Shown: positions 28,397-40,203 of the stretch, piece by piece
Layout of the letters: each line of letters opens with the position of its first letter
How positions within the stretch are numbered: the stretch's first letter is position 1
Source of the DNA: a virus
Virus record (IMG/VR): IMGVR_UViG_3300032046_003126
Span: 1-64,000 of that record
Length of the DNA stretch: 64,000 nucleotides
Reading direction: 5' to 3' (one strand)
Program-made: the position numbers and the translations under genes
The notes under the pieces: generated by a model
Databases searched by the model: none
Seen by the model: the letters and a program-made list of their open reading frames with translations, nothing else
Told to the model about the DNA's origin: nothing

Positions 28397-31300
28397 GCAA
28401 TGACGTAACAGATAATCTAAGAAACAATGTTCCTGCATTGTTTTCCCCAATGGTAATAAGAAATGCATTATCACCAGATAAAGGTTCTATTATTTTAACA
28501 ACAAATAATTTAAATGATTATTCTAATACCGAATTAGGAAATTCTTCATCTTACAAATATGATTTATTTGGAACAGGATTAAAATCAACACAACAATTAA
28601 AAATTGATTGGAGTAAATTTGAGGAACATACCTTTTTTAACTCCGCTCAAGTAAAAACAAATATTTCATTTGATAAGATTTTCAATCAATTTCCTTTTGA
28701 TGGGACAAAAAAAGAGCATGAAGCATTTCTTGATAGTTTGACTGGGTTTGAAAAATATGTTTTTGATAATTTTCCAAAACACAAAGGTTATGCTTTCTTT
28801 TCTGGTTCTGCTGTAAATGAATCAAATGGAGGAACCTGGATTACTGTAAAAGACATTGAGGGAGTTCAATATCCAGAGCTATCTAGAGAAATCTCAGGTA
28901 AATCAATTTTAAATGTTGGTCTTGATTCAATGACGATTGAAATGTATTTGTTTTTGCCTCCTGAACAAAATTTTGGGCAAACGATATTGACAAAACTAAG
29001 CCAGTCAAGTGTTGGTTATGAAGGATTTAATTTAGTTGCCAGCTCTACATTAAACTCGTCTACTGCTTCTTTGTGGTTTAATGTATCAAGTGGTTCCAAA
29101 ACAAAATCAATCAATTTTGATTTTCCAAAAGGAAATTTTCATCATTTGTCTTTAATTTGGGACAGAAATCCTGTTGTAAATAAAGTTTTTACTTATGTTG
29201 ATCAAAATTTAATAGCAAGTTCTTCTGGTTTTGAATTCAAGTCAACATATTGGGATGGAATAGATTTTGTTATAGGCTCTGGTTCGTCTTTTAATACAAA
29301 TGAATATTCACATACTGAACAAACTACATTGTCTGGTGCTATTGATGAATTGAGAATTTGGCATTCTATTCGTTCTGATGCTCAAAGACTCGAATATCAA
29401 AATAAAGTGGTATATACTTCTGATGATTTAAAACTTTATTTTAAGTTTAATGAGCCGCCAAATTGTGAATCTCTTGTAACAATTGACAGTAGTGGAAAAT
29501 CTCTACATGGAAAACTTAATATTTTAGGTAATTCATTAGGAGTTAGGGAGTTTCCAACTTCTTCAATTGCTGGTAGTTCTCCAATGGCATATGAAAAAGA
29601 AGAAACTTGCCCTGTTTTGTTTGGACAAATTGCCGAAGTAGAAACATTTAGAACAAATCTATTAATAAGCGCATCTAATTTTGATGAGCAAAACCCAGAT
29701 TTAATTACAAAATTAATACCAAAGCATTATTTTCTAGAAGGTCAAGTACAAGATGCTTTAGAGTCTGAGGACGGTAGTATTTTAACCGAACTTGATTCGA
29801 CAACCGAACCAAGAACAACAAAACTTGGTAATACACAAATTCTAATGTCACTTCTTTATGTGTGGGCCAAATATTTTGATGAATTAAAATTATTTATAGA
29901 AGCGTTCGGTAATTTAAACTATGTAGATTATGACGAAAAAAACACAATACCTGATGAGTTTTTACAATTTTTAGCAAATCAATATGGGATAAATTTGCCC
30001 TCTCTGTTCTCAGGAGCCTCGATTGAACAATTTATAGAAAAAGAAAATATTCAAGATTCAATTTCAACAAATCAATTAAGTTTGCAAAATATACAAAATC
30101 AAATTTGGAGAAGAATTTTAACAAATTTGCAGGATATTTTAAAATCAAAAGGCACTTTGTATTCAATAAAATCTTTCATAAGAACACTTGGAATTGAACC
30201 AGATAATAATTTTAGAATTAGAGAATATGGTGGTCCAACAAAATCTAAGTTAAATTGGGTTAGAGAAAACAAATCCGAAATAAGTACAATGATCAACTTC
30301 TTTTCAGGAGGTTTAGTAACCTCGCCTTACTTGGTCGCTCCAAGAGTAGAACCTGGATATCCTGAGCCAGAGGGTACTGTAAATGATACACTTTTAACAT
30401 CTGGTTCTTTCACTATAGAAACTTGGGTGCAATTTCCTAAAAATAGAGCTTATCATGCTTCACAAAGTTTAATAAAAACATTCATCACTGGGAATCCAGC
30501 AAGTTTACCAAATCAAACTGAAACTCTTGTGTCAAACATAGTTGCTGTACAAAATGGAAATATTTCCTTTTATTTTTCTCCTAATAATTCTTTTAATGTT
30601 CTTTCAATGAGCGGCATTGATTTGTTTGATGGTGATAAGTGGTATATGTCCTATGGTCGCCAAAGAAATGATGATAATTTAAATTCATCTGTTTCTTCAT
30701 CGTATTTTTTACGAATAGGAAAGCCCATAAATGATAATAATTTTATTTTATATAAAACAAGTTCTTTTATTTTAGATACTGGAAATCAATTTTCATCTTT
30801 TCAAACACAGAATGATTCTGGTTCTTATATAGTTGTTGGTTCAAAAAGTATAGATTACAATGTTTCTTATACTAGTGTAAATTATTTAAACAATCAATCT
30901 TTAAGTTCTACTTGCAGGGCTTCTGAATTTGAGGGAAGATTTGGTCATCTTAGATTTTGGTCAAAATATTTAGATGAATCTGAAAGCGTTGAACACATTA
31001 AGAATTTTAAATCTCTTGGAGTTCGAGACCCAAGAAATAACTTTAATTTTGTTAATTCTATGTCTGGTTCTTGGCAAAGATTGCGCGCAGATATTTCAAC
31101 AGATCAAATTGTTACTCAATCTAATATAACAGGTAATATTTTATTAACAGATTTTTCTCAAAACAATTTTGTTTTCTCGGGTTCTAATTTTTCTATAACA
31201 AGTTCTATAGTAGAACCAGAAAAATTCTTTTACTCATTGATTTCTCCAAAATTCGATGAATCCAGCACAACAAATAAAGTAAGGGCAAGAAGCTTCCAGG

Positions 31301-31806
31301 ATTTCGATTTGGTCAATTCTAGTTCATATGCTGCCCAAGCACCTCTTTATGAATTAAGCCCCAGCGAACGCCCCACAGATAGCACTAAATTAACAATAGA
31401 CTTCTCTGTGGTAGATGCCCTTGATCAAGATATAGTTAATATGTTTTCTACTTTAGATATTTTAGATAATATTATAGGAAATCCTGAATTGTTATTTTCT
31501 TCTGATTATCCACAATTAGAAGTGTTACGGGATGTTTATTTTAATCGTTTAAGTGATAAAATAAATCTTAAATTGTTTTTTGAATTTTATAAATGGTTTG
31601 ACACAAACATTGGTTATTTTATTTATCAATTAATTCCAAGAAAAACAAAATTTTTAGGTGTCAATTATGTTATTGAATCTCACATGCTTGAAAGACCAAA
31701 AATGGAATATAATTTATCTGATATTTATTTAGGTGACAATAACAGACATGGATTAAAAGGTAATATAAAATTACAACTTATCAATGGAAACTTCACAAGA
31801 TATTAA
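28393..31806 (+). CDS. Baseplate protein with P2-gpI-like segment and two LamG/ConA-like domains
   Basis: FLQFLA..YG...ILKSKGT..SI; TIEMY..., GAIDELRIW, LYFKFNE, GRFGHLRFWS. Confidence 0.7.
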   Translation: MSNDVTDNLRNNVPALFSPMVIRNALSPDKGSIILTTNNLNDYSNTELGNSSSYKYDLFGTGLKSTQQLKIDWSKFEEHTFFNSAQVKTNISFDKIFNQFPFDGTKKEHEAFLDSLTGFEKYVFDNFPKHKGYAFFSGSAVNESNGGTWITVKDIEGVQYPELSREISGKSILNVGLDSMTIEMYLFLPPEQNFGQTILTKLSQSSVGYEGFNLVASSTLNSSTASLWFNVSSGSKTKSINFDFPKGNFHHLSLIWDRNPVVNKVFTYVDQNLIASSSGFEFKSTYWDGIDFVIGSGSSFNTNEYSHTEQTTLSGAIDELRIWHSIRSDAQRLEYQNKVVYTSDDLKLYFKFNEPPNCESLVTIDSSGKSLHGKLNILGNSLGVREFPTSSIAGSSPMAYEKEETCPVLFGQIAEVETFRTNLLISASNFDEQNPDLITKLIPKHYFLEGQVQDALESEDGSILTELDSTTEPRTTKLGNTQILMSLLYVWAKYFDELKLFIEAFGNLNYVDYDEKNTIPDEFLQFLANQYGINLPSLFSGASIEQFIEKENIQDSISTNQLSLQNIQNQIWRRILTNLQDILKSKGTLYSIKSFIRTLGIEPDNNFRIREYGGPTKSKLNWVRENKSEISTMINFFSGGLVTSPYLVAPRVEPGYPEPEGTVNDTLLTSGSFTIETWVQFPKNRAYHASQSLIKTFITGNPASLPNQTETLVSNIVAVQNGNISFYFSPNNSFNVLSMSGIDLFDGDKWYMSYGRQRNDDNLNSSVSSSYFLRIGKPINDNNFILYKTSSFILDTGNQFSSFQTQNDSGSYIVVGSKSIDYNVSYTSVNYLNNQSLSSTCRASEFEGRFGHLRFWSKYLDESESVEHIKNFKSLGVRDPRNNFNFVNSMSGSWQRLRADISTDQIVTQSNITGNILLTDFSQNNFVFSGSNFSITSSIVEPEKFFYSLISPKFDESSTTNKVRARSFQDFDLVNSSSYAAQAPLYELSPSERPTDSTKLTIDFSVVDALDQDIVNMFSTLDILDNIIGNPELLFSSDYPQLEVLRDVYFNRLSDKINLKLFFEFYKWFDTNIGYFIYQLIPRKTKFLGVNYVIESHMLERPKMEYNLSDIYLGDNNRHGLKGNIKLQLINGNFTRY

Positions 31807-31863
31807 TTTTATAAAAAATTAATGTAAAAATTTATATTGTTTGTATTTACTATAAGGTACATT

Positions 31864-32724
31864 ATGGGAATTTCTACAGAATACGGTATCATAGGAACAG
31901 AATTTACGCCATTTAATGATTTATTGCCAAATAATTACATTCCTGCCCCATTTGATGCAGGTGGTATAAATACAAGAGAAGTAGATGCCTATCGTCAAGG
32001 CGTAGAAATAATAACTGCAAGACATAGATTTGCTGGTATGCAGCCAAAAATTTGGGCAGGAAATATTAAACATTATGTAAATGTTAATGTACTTGGTCAA
32101 GCAAGAAGTTTTACAGAATTTGAAAACGATCCAGCATTTAAAGATTTACCAATTTTTGATCCTGTTTCTTTTATAGAATTAGGAATTGATTATCCGTTTC
32201 CAATAGTATTCAATAAAGGCCCACAACAAGAAGAAGAAGCTATTATAGAACCAATTACAATACCGTTTAGAAAAAATTCAAATGAAGGAAAAAACATAGC
32301 ACACAGAGTTCATGGTTCATTGGAAGATGGTAATAATTTTCAAGATTTTAATAGAAGCGCAAACAGAATACAACAATTTATATCATACAAAGAATTAGAA
32401 TTTAGATTTTTTCTAGATGATGGCGGGAGTTATTTTGGTACCGGCCCAATAACAGATGGAATTATTATTCCGCAATATGTTTCTACTCACGAAGGAGAAC
32501 CAGAATTTTTTGATGAAACTTCTGTTGATGATTTAGTAGAGTCTATAAATACTAATGATGTTTATTTTACAAACATTTTAAAACAAATGGATTATAATAT
32601 AGACGAAGACCTGAGACCAAATCAGAGCAAATCTGCAAATGCTGGTTTTTTTGTTTATGGAGGAAATTCTGCACAATATGGCACAGATTCTATAGCATAT
32701 GTTGGTAGATTTAGAGGAGTTTAA
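31864..32724 (+). CDS. Structural-module protein of unknown function (ATG start 31864 preferred)
   Basis: AAGG SD before the ATG at 31864; TAATG coupling to the next gene. Confidence 0.6.
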   Translation: MGISTEYGIIGTEFTPFNDLLPNNYIPAPFDAGGINTREVDAYRQGVEIITARHRFAGMQPKIWAGNIKHYVNVNVLGQARSFTEFENDPAFKDLPIFDPVSFIELGIDYPFPIVFNKGPQQEEEAIIEPITIPFRKNSNEGKNIAHRVHGSLEDGNNFQDFNRSANRIQQFISYKELEFRFFLDDGGSYFGTGPITDGIIIPQYVSTHEGEPEFFDETSVDDLVESINTNDVYFTNILKQMDYNIDEDLRPNQSKSANAGFFVYGGNSAQYGTDSIAYVGRFRGV

Positions 32725-35246
32725 TGTCTAGAGTAAATAAAAAAACACAAATAAAAAAACTTCCACCTATTTTACAATTGCAATTAAAGGATTCATTAAC
32801 AGGAAGTTTTCCAACCGTTGTGAGATTTTCATCAGATGGAAGAACTGGTAGTTATAAAACATTTTACAATGATACAAATACTTTAAATTTCATAGATTAT
32901 TCTTTTTCTAATCCAAATCTTAAAAATTATTTATATTCTTATTATCCAATATCGGGAAGTACTATTGGTGTTGCACCTGATAATGTTTTTCCACCTGAAT
33001 ATGGACTTGTTGCGTCTCTTCCTACTGGGAGTCAAGAAAATAATAAATTAATTTTTTCTTCAAATGCAATCATTTATGATAATGACTTACCACATTTATA
33101 TCATGGATATAAAAATTATTCTTTAAGGTTTATGGATGATTCGGCTTTTTTAACAACTGGTGCTAGTGATTTATATGATTTTTCTCCACATAAACCTTTT
33201 TCTATAAGTTTGTGGATAAAATATAACATAGAAAATTCCGCAAGTAATCAAGATATTCTGGCCTTCAGAACAGACAACGCAACAAAAACAGATTATGTAT
33301 TTGCAGCGGATCAAGATTTTGCTACCGTATTTATGTCACCAGGTTATCCACCGAAATTTGTTCAAAAAATATTTACCTTCCCTGATAGTAGAAATGATTT
33401 GGCTTGGCATCACTTGGTATTTACCTATAATGGACAAATAGTAAGTGGTACAAGTAGTGATTATGAAATGTTTAAAGTGTATTATGACACACAAATAACA
33501 TCAGGTACATTTCTTCAAAATTCTCTACTGTTGGAAGAAAATTTAATGGCTGGCGGCCCAATGGATTATTCTATTGGAAATATGGGTACTGATACTCTTG
33601 TAACTCAACATTGTATTTGGAATAAAGAATTATCTCAATTAGAAATAAACAAAATATATAATGATCAAACAAATTATTTAATAATTGACCCTCCAACTGA
33701 TATAAATCTTGGTTTGGGACTTGAAAAAGGAAATAAATTTTTAGATTCCGAAATAACTTCAAGTATTTATGGACCCGGCAGGATAATATCTGGTATCGGT
33801 GATTCTCTTATTCACTTCACTCCTGGACAAGAAGGAACAATATATAATGATAGTGGGCAGTTGGCATCTGATGGCAAAAGTTCTAATAATTCATTTTATG
33901 CTACTGGTTCATCGAATATTAATTTTGATGAACCACTATGGGCTAAACAGAAAATAGAAATAGATCTAACCCCAAACAACTCACAATCAATTGAATTAAT
34001 AGATTCGGATAATTTTTTTGGTTCTATTGTTTATTGGAACAATAATTTAAAAAAATGGGAAAAAATAGGTTCTGGTGTAGAACCAAGTACATATAGTACA
34101 GATACAGTAACTTTTGTTCAACAAACATGTTTAGCAACAACGCCATCACTACATTTTAAAAACGAAGAAGTAACAACCCAAACTAAAAATGACGGTAATT
34201 TAATAACTAATTTTGGATTTCCTCAAAGTGACAAATATCACGCTACTTCATCCCAACAAATAAATTTATCAAATTATATTCAACAACCATTTTTAGTAGA
34301 AAAAGTAGTTTTGGTTTTTAATGGTGGAATAGAAATAATTGATTCTGGTAGTTTTTTTGGAGATTTTTCCAATTCATCAATGACTACGTTTCTTTTAATA
34401 AATCAAAGAAATGTAGCTGACAAACAATCAATAACATTTAATACAAGTTGTTTTAATAGAAGCACAAGCGGATTCTTTCCTTCATATATTACAAATATTT
34501 CAACTGGTTCCTTTGAAACGACTTTTTCTACTATTTCATCTAGCAAAGATATAATTGGAAAAATTAATATTTTTGGTTCAACAGACTCAACTAAAACAAG
34601 CATTACTGACGCAAATTATATTTTTACAGACAAAAATTGGACTACAGATAGTTCGATTAATATTTCTTGTTCTTTAACATCTGAACAAGATGATTCATAT
34701 CCTGGTATTTTTTCTCATGTTGGTGTAACAGGTAGTGGAATAATTTCTACTATAGATGTAGGTTTTGGCAATACAATAGTGGGTGCATCAACTATTGCCA
34801 CAATGAACGAAATAAATAAAACTAATAAAATCTTTAATCCAAGAAGAAATAATTTTATTGTTCCTGAAAAAGAATCTACAAGTGATTTTTTCTCAATATA
34901 TGATTATATTGGTTCTTATGGAAATGAAGATATTAAAATAAATTCAAATAAACCAAATTCTATAAAGAATTCATATTTATTAATGCCAGGAGATAATTTA
35001 GTCTTCGGTTGGTGTCTTCCATATCCAGATAGATTTAATGGAAAAACCGTTTATGGTTCCATGATAAATCAATATTCTAATATAACAATAAATTCAGTAC
35101 AACCTTTAAGATCAATAATGAATTTCAACAATCAAAGCCCATCAAAAATTATTATATACGGCTCATATATAACCGAAGGAAAAGAAAATAATAATTCAAT
35201 AAACCAATTACTTTCTTCCGAAACCATTCATGAGGTTATCGAATGA
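32724..35246 (+). CDS. LamG-domain virion protein
   Basis: FSISLWIK, WHHLVFTYNG, IWNKELSQLEINKIYN. Confidence 0.7.
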   Translation: MSRVNKKTQIKKLPPILQLQLKDSLTGSFPTVVRFSSDGRTGSYKTFYNDTNTLNFIDYSFSNPNLKNYLYSYYPISGSTIGVAPDNVFPPEYGLVASLPTGSQENNKLIFSSNAIIYDNDLPHLYHGYKNYSLRFMDDSAFLTTGASDLYDFSPHKPFSISLWIKYNIENSASNQDILAFRTDNATKTDYVFAADQDFATVFMSPGYPPKFVQKIFTFPDSRNDLAWHHLVFTYNGQIVSGTSSDYEMFKVYYDTQITSGTFLQNSLLLEENLMAGGPMDYSIGNMGTDTLVTQHCIWNKELSQLEINKIYNDQTNYLIIDPPTDINLGLGLEKGNKFLDSEITSSIYGPGRIISGIGDSLIHFTPGQEGTIYNDSGQLASDGKSSNNSFYATGSSNINFDEPLWAKQKIEIDLTPNNSQSIELIDSDNFFGSIVYWNNNLKKWEKIGSGVEPSTYSTDTVTFVQQTCLATTPSLHFKNEEVTTQTKNDGNLITNFGFPQSDKYHATSSQQINLSNYIQQPFLVEKVVLVFNGGIEIIDSGSFFGDFSNSSMTTFLLINQRNVADKQSITFNTSCFNRSTSGFFPSYITNISTGSFETTFSTISSSKDIIGKINIFGSTDSTKTSITDANYIFTDKNWTTDSSINISCSLTSEQDDSYPGIFSHVGVTGSGIISTIDVGFGNTIVGASTIATMNEINKTNKIFNPRRNNFIVPEKESTSDFFSIYDYIGSYGNEDIKINSNKPNSIKNSYLLMPGDNLVFGWCLPYPDRFNGKTVYGSMINQYSNITINSVQPLRSIMNFNNQSPSKIIIYGSYITEGKENNNSINQLLSSETIHEVIE

Positions 35247-36874
35247 TTTATGATCAATATGAATTAGAATTTAATAGTGCCTATACTGGTTCTTATGTTA
35301 ATGACATTTTTGTTCCTCCAACAAATAACACGTATGGCAATATTACACTTACAAATACCTTTCAAATAATTAATGGAAAAACTGTTTTTAATTATAATAC
35401 TTTATTTAAAGCCTTAACTGGTAGTTTGTCTCATGGTTTAACAGATAGAAATCCTTATTATACTCAAACACATGTTCCTGGTAATATTCTAGTTATAAAA
35501 GGATATAATTTAAGCGGAACATTATCAGGTCCACCAGTAACTAATTTTAATAATTCTTTTGTTTCTAATAGCAATATGTTAACATGGGGCGATTGTTATA
35601 ATTTTTTAGATAAAAATTTTAGCCCTTCTCCAAAAAGATTTCTGAAATTATTTTGTCCTGAAGAAACATTTTTTGATTCTGTAATGCCAGATCCAGAAGA
35701 AATTTATGTTTTAGGTGTAGTTGATCCAGTTAGAACTGCTCCTGTAATTTTTAAAAAACCTGGTATTCATTTTATATCAAGTTCTTATATGATGCTTGGA
35801 TATAATGTGGTACCTTCTAGTTTGGCATATGTTGATTTTTATGGAATTTTCCCCCCCACCCCAATAACAAGTGTTAATCCTTTATCTGACCAGATATATT
35901 TAGGAAATTATAAGTGGCCATTACAATTTCCATTTGAAAAACAATATAAAAACATTGCAAGAAACATAATAAAACCACATGAAATTAAACACCTGACTTC
36001 ATCTTTAATGCTTTTTGATTCCCTTCAATCAGGGATTGTTTTTGGAACAGATTTTTTTTATGATCCTGGTTTGAGTGTAAATATTAGAGATTTTTTAAAA
36101 ATTGAATTGCCTCCTTCTAATTTTAAAAAAACTGGAATTGGTGGAACGGTTGGGTTTCCACTTGGAATATCGTATTTAGGCACTAATGAAAAAGACACAA
36201 AAGATATAGACTCATATGGTATTGATCCAAGTAGAACTCATTTCACAAAATCTTTAACTTCTGTTGTTGACATTAAGTTTCGTGGTGATACGATAGATTA
36301 TACATATAATGATTTTATTCCACCAGATACTAAGACTTTATTATTTCATTTTTTTGGATTTGGAGACTATCTTGGTAAGTTTGTAAATGGACTCGAAACA
36401 GCTATTATGCCATCTGGTTCTTCACCTTCAATTTTAGTTAAAGAATGGAGTAATGGTTGTAGAGTGAAACATTGGAATTATCCTGGTTACGGACATCTTA
36501 TAGCAGACTCAGTTGCTAATGAATATTTCGATCCATACCAATATGAACTAGTTACTGGTTCGCTGTTGGGTTATAATTGTAGAGGATATAAATACGGTGT
36601 TTATAAACCAATACCGGAATCAACAAATATAATTTTTAGAAGAAATAAATTTGGTCAACCAAGAGACATGTTAGAACAACGTTTGTTTACAAATTTTTAC
36701 AGTTTTGACACCAATACAAACCAAGGTTCAATTGTTGATATAAATTTTTCAACAACAAGTTCTTATGGTATAACTGCATCTAATCCTTTGTTGAATCCAA
36801 AAGATAGCGGCATTTATGATTTACAATATAAATGCGGACAACCATTTTTTGATGATGACTTAAGGATAATATAA
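35243..36874 (+). CDS. Structural-module protein of unknown function
   Basis: Long ORF translationally coupled on both sides. Confidence 0.6.
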   Translation: MIYDQYELEFNSAYTGSYVNDIFVPPTNNTYGNITLTNTFQIINGKTVFNYNTLFKALTGSLSHGLTDRNPYYTQTHVPGNILVIKGYNLSGTLSGPPVTNFNNSFVSNSNMLTWGDCYNFLDKNFSPSPKRFLKLFCPEETFFDSVMPDPEEIYVLGVVDPVRTAPVIFKKPGIHFISSSYMMLGYNVVPSSLAYVDFYGIFPPTPITSVNPLSDQIYLGNYKWPLQFPFEKQYKNIARNIIKPHEIKHLTSSLMLFDSLQSGIVFGTDFFYDPGLSVNIRDFLKIELPPSNFKKTGIGGTVGFPLGISYLGTNEKDTKDIDSYGIDPSRTHFTKSLTSVVDIKFRGDTIDYTYNDFIPPDTKTLLFHFFGFGDYLGKFVNGLETAIMPSGSSPSILVKEWSNGCRVKHWNYPGYGHLIADSVANEYFDPYQYELVTGSLLGYNCRGYKYGVYKPIPESTNIIFRRNKFGQPRDMLEQRLFTNFYSFDTNTNQGSIVDINFSTTSSYGITASNPLLNPKDSGIYDLQYKCGQPFFDDDLRII

Positions 36875-37824
36875 TGGCAGGAATATTAAATTCAAAAGAA
36901 AGAATTCTTGATACACTTTTAACAGAAGAAGGTCGGCGGCAATTAGCAGCGGGTAATTTTCAAGCTGTATATTATAGTTTTTCTGATGGTTTATCCATAT
37001 ATCAGACTGATACTATCGTTTCTTCAAGTATATCTTCTGTGCCTGTTTTAGATGAAACATATCGTCTCTGTTTTGAGGCGACTTCTTTACCACAAGACCA
37101 GGTTACATTTGAAGCCGATGATTCAGGTAAATTATTTAATCCAAAAAATTCTCCAATTGATGTTATGTCGGGACAAATTTTTTCTGGTTCTATTTTGGTT
37201 ACAAGTTCACAATTCGCAAGTACAGCAGGTACATTGTTGAGTTCTTCACTAGAAAGTTTTAAAAATTTAAGAATACTATCAAGTCCTAATAATTTTCAAA
37301 ATCCAAACATGGAATTTTTATTAAGTAATAAAAATATAAAATTTAATATAACAAATAATAAACCAATTCATAGCGAAGATACACAAAAGATATCCATAGA
37401 CAAAGTGGAAAGTTTTTTCATGGATAAAAGACTTTCTCATATTCCAAATTTTTCATTCTTACCACCAGTAAATTCGGCACAAACTGGCAGAACAACTTCA
37501 TCCCTTGGTGATTTCAAGAATATTAATCAAGAATCTTTTGAATCATATAGTGATCTTGAAAAAGAATTAGAATATTTTTCTAAAAATGGGTTTGAAGAAA
37601 TAATTGAATTTACCGAGACTACTACTCAAAATAATATATTTGCTCAGTTTTTTGAATTATCAGATAATTCTGTTGTAAAACTTGATGTTATCGACTTTGG
37701 ACAATTCACAGTTTCTAATCAAAAAGAATTTTTTATAAAACATGTATTTTTTGCGGGTAAGATATTTATAGATAATTTCGGAGCGACTACTTTTATTAAT
37801 ATGTTTACTTTAGTTTTTGAATAA
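36874..37824 (+). CDS. Structural protein, paralogous N-terminus to 46472
   Basis: MAGILN...ILDTLLTEEGRRQLA...YYSFSD...FEA. Confidence 0.6.
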   Translation: MAGILNSKERILDTLLTEEGRRQLAAGNFQAVYYSFSDGLSIYQTDTIVSSSISSVPVLDETYRLCFEATSLPQDQVTFEADDSGKLFNPKNSPIDVMSGQIFSGSILVTSSQFASTAGTLLSSSLESFKNLRILSSPNNFQNPNMEFLLSNKNIKFNITNNKPIHSEDTQKISIDKVESFFMDKRLSHIPNFSFLPPVNSAQTGRTTSSLGDFKNINQESFESYSDLEKELEYFSKNGFEEIIEFTETTTQNNIFAQFFELSDNSVVKLDVIDFGQFTVSNQKEFFIKHVFFAGKIFIDNFGATTFINMFTLVFE

Positions 37825-37827
37825 AAT

Positions 37828-40203
37828 ATGAAAGCCATAATAAAAAAATATACAGATATATTGGATACCAATTCCTGTGAGGCGTTTTTATTAAAAACAA
37901 CACAAGAAGAAGGTTATAATTATGAAATTTCATATAATATAGATGCAAATAAAGCATTAATACACAATGTTAATATTGTTGAAATATTAATATCTAAAAA
38001 TTCATTAAGTGAAAATAATAGTCAAAATATTTTTGAAGGAAATTCAATCGAACAAATAACTCAAGAATTATTATATAAAATTTCTAAAGAAAAAGATTTA
38101 AGTAGAACAATTGAATCAAGTGTTTTTTTAAGAATAAAGTCAGATATAACAAAAAAAATTCCTAATGATCAAATTAAATCTTTGAAAAATAACACTTCAA
38201 CAACAAAAACAACTTCGCTTAATTTATTTTCATCTAACGATTTAAAAAATAAAAATATAACATATCCAATATTTGAAACAAACATTTTTTCTAAACCCGA
38301 ATATGCGGCAGATATTAAAAAAATATCAAATAATTTAATAAATGAAGCGATAGATCCGGCCCAAATTTTCGGCACGCCAACAAATAACATAATTTCTGCA
38401 AGAAAATCCATTGCTGGCTTGGGATTGTCGGGCAAAAAAACATCTTTATATGATTTTATTTTATTATCAAACAATCCCTCAACCAATGTTAATGTAAACA
38501 ATAATTCTTTAATAAATGTCAAAACAGAACAACAATTTAAAAATTTAACATTAAAAGAAATATTTACTATACCATTTAATACAATTACTGATTCATTTTA
38601 TGTAACATATAAAGTAAAAAACAAAAATGGTATTGAGTTACAAAGAAAAAGTCTTTTAGTTCCACATTCAAAATTAATAGAACAAGAAAATTTAATTTCA
38701 CAACCTCCAATAGTTAATGTAGTAAAAGCAACACAAGCAGGTAAAAATGTTCTTTATATAAAACAAAAAGACCCAATGGCAACAGGTATTTCTGTTTATA
38801 AGAAAAATTTAAATCTTACTTTAAAAGAATTTGAAAAAAATTATAATTTTATAGGAGATTTGGAACTTTCATACGGAGAAGACTTTAAATCATTTATTGA
38901 TTTAACAGCTAATTCAAGTGATTCAATCTATAGATGCATTCCGTATAATAATGAAAAAAAATTATCATGTGAATTTACCAGTGTTGGAGTCAAAACAAAT
39001 AGCAAAATTTTAAAAAATAAAAATTTATTTAAAAACGACAATACTACAATTGTTACTACATTACAATTAGATAACATAAAAATAGAAATTACTGACATTC
39101 CTGTTGATGCTATTAATATAGAATTGCATAGACGTAATTTAACTATAAAACAAAAAGAGTCTGATTTAATCAATACGTTCTTTATTTCAAGTGAAGGTTC
39201 AAACAAATTAACTTTTAAAGACACAACTGTTTCACAGAATCATTCTTATGAATATTTTATAAAAATATTATATAAAACTGGAACAAAAAACAAAGCTAAA
39301 ACAAGTTCTTTTATTACATTTGTTAAAACTAAAAATAATATTGTAGAAACAATTATAGAAAGTCCCAATGTTATTTTTGATACAAATGGAATAGATGTTA
39401 AATTTAATATAGCATCAACATTTTTAGTATCAACACAAGATAAAATAAGACAATTTTTACAAGAACAGGGAATTTTAGATTTTTATTTAGATGAGATTTC
39501 TCAAGAAAAAGATAAATTTCAAAATTTAATAGCTTATGATGTAAGCAGAACAAATATTACAAATGGCGAAGTTGAAAACTTTGGAATCATTAATTCCGTA
39601 ATTTTTTCAGATATAGAAGAAGGAAGAATAAAAAACGTATCACCATTAAAGAACGGAATGGAATATAAATACTCAGTAACTACATATTTTAGAATAACAG
39701 AAACAATGTTGAAATATTTTACAAAACAAGTAACTGATAAAAACAATAGGACATATACTTTATATCCTTATAAATGGAGACATCCAGTTACTTTAAAAGA
39801 AGGAAATATAGTTAGTGATAATAGCCTAAAAAGAAACCACTCAGAAAATCAATTTACTTTTGGAGAAATAGCTAATTTTGTAGAAACACAAATATCTTTA
39901 TCAGGTGTCATCCCTTCTATAAAAGAAGCAAGTGCTATAAAATTATCAGATAAAAAAGTTCTTGTTAAGTGGACAATACAAGGAAATTCTAATAAATTTG
40001 ATCATTTTTTAATCATACTAGAAATACTTGGAATGCGAAAAATAATAGGAAAAAGCCATAATGTTACAAATTCAAATTTTTTTCAATTCGTTGATAATTT
40101 GACAGACAATGAAAAAGGAAAATTTAAATATTATGTTGTGCCTATATATTATGATTTTTCAAAAGGAACTGAAATTGAAACAAACGAGGTAAAAGTTCAG
40201 TGA
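37828..40203 (+). CDS. Large beta-rich protein with FN3/Ig-like repeats
   Basis: Repeated F.D...YxY patterns (FIDL..YRC, FKDT..YEY, FSDI..YKY, FVDN..FKY). Confidence 0.5.
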   Translation: MKAIIKKYTDILDTNSCEAFLLKTTQEEGYNYEISYNIDANKALIHNVNIVEILISKNSLSENNSQNIFEGNSIEQITQELLYKISKEKDLSRTIESSVFLRIKSDITKKIPNDQIKSLKNNTSTTKTTSLNLFSSNDLKNKNITYPIFETNIFSKPEYAADIKKISNNLINEAIDPAQIFGTPTNNIISARKSIAGLGLSGKKTSLYDFILLSNNPSTNVNVNNNSLINVKTEQQFKNLTLKEIFTIPFNTITDSFYVTYKVKNKNGIELQRKSLLVPHSKLIEQENLISQPPIVNVVKATQAGKNVLYIKQKDPMATGISVYKKNLNLTLKEFEKNYNFIGDLELSYGEDFKSFIDLTANSSDSIYRCIPYNNEKKLSCEFTSVGVKTNSKILKNKNLFKNDNTTIVTTLQLDNIKIEITDIPVDAINIELHRRNLTIKQKESDLINTFFISSEGSNKLTFKDTTVSQNHSYEYFIKILYKTGTKNKAKTSSFITFVKTKNNIVETIIESPNVIFDTNGIDVKFNIASTFLVSTQDKIRQFLQEQGILDFYLDEISQEKDKFQNLIAYDVSRTNITNGEVENFGIINSVIFSDIEEGRIKNVSPLKNGMEYKYSVTTYFRITETMLKYFTKQVTDKNNRTYTLYPYKWRHPVTLKEGNIVSDNSLKRNHSENQFTFGEIANFVETQISLSGVIPSIKEASAIKLSDKKVLVKWTIQGNSNKFDHFLIILEILGMRKIIGKSHNVTNSNFFQFVDNLTDNEKGKFKYYVVPIYYDFSKGTEIETNEVKVQ

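Noticed and set aside
22573-31806. T6SS, tailocin or eCIS locus
   Set aside because: Terminase, primase, late sigma factor and gp46/47 homologues in the same window indicate a true phage.
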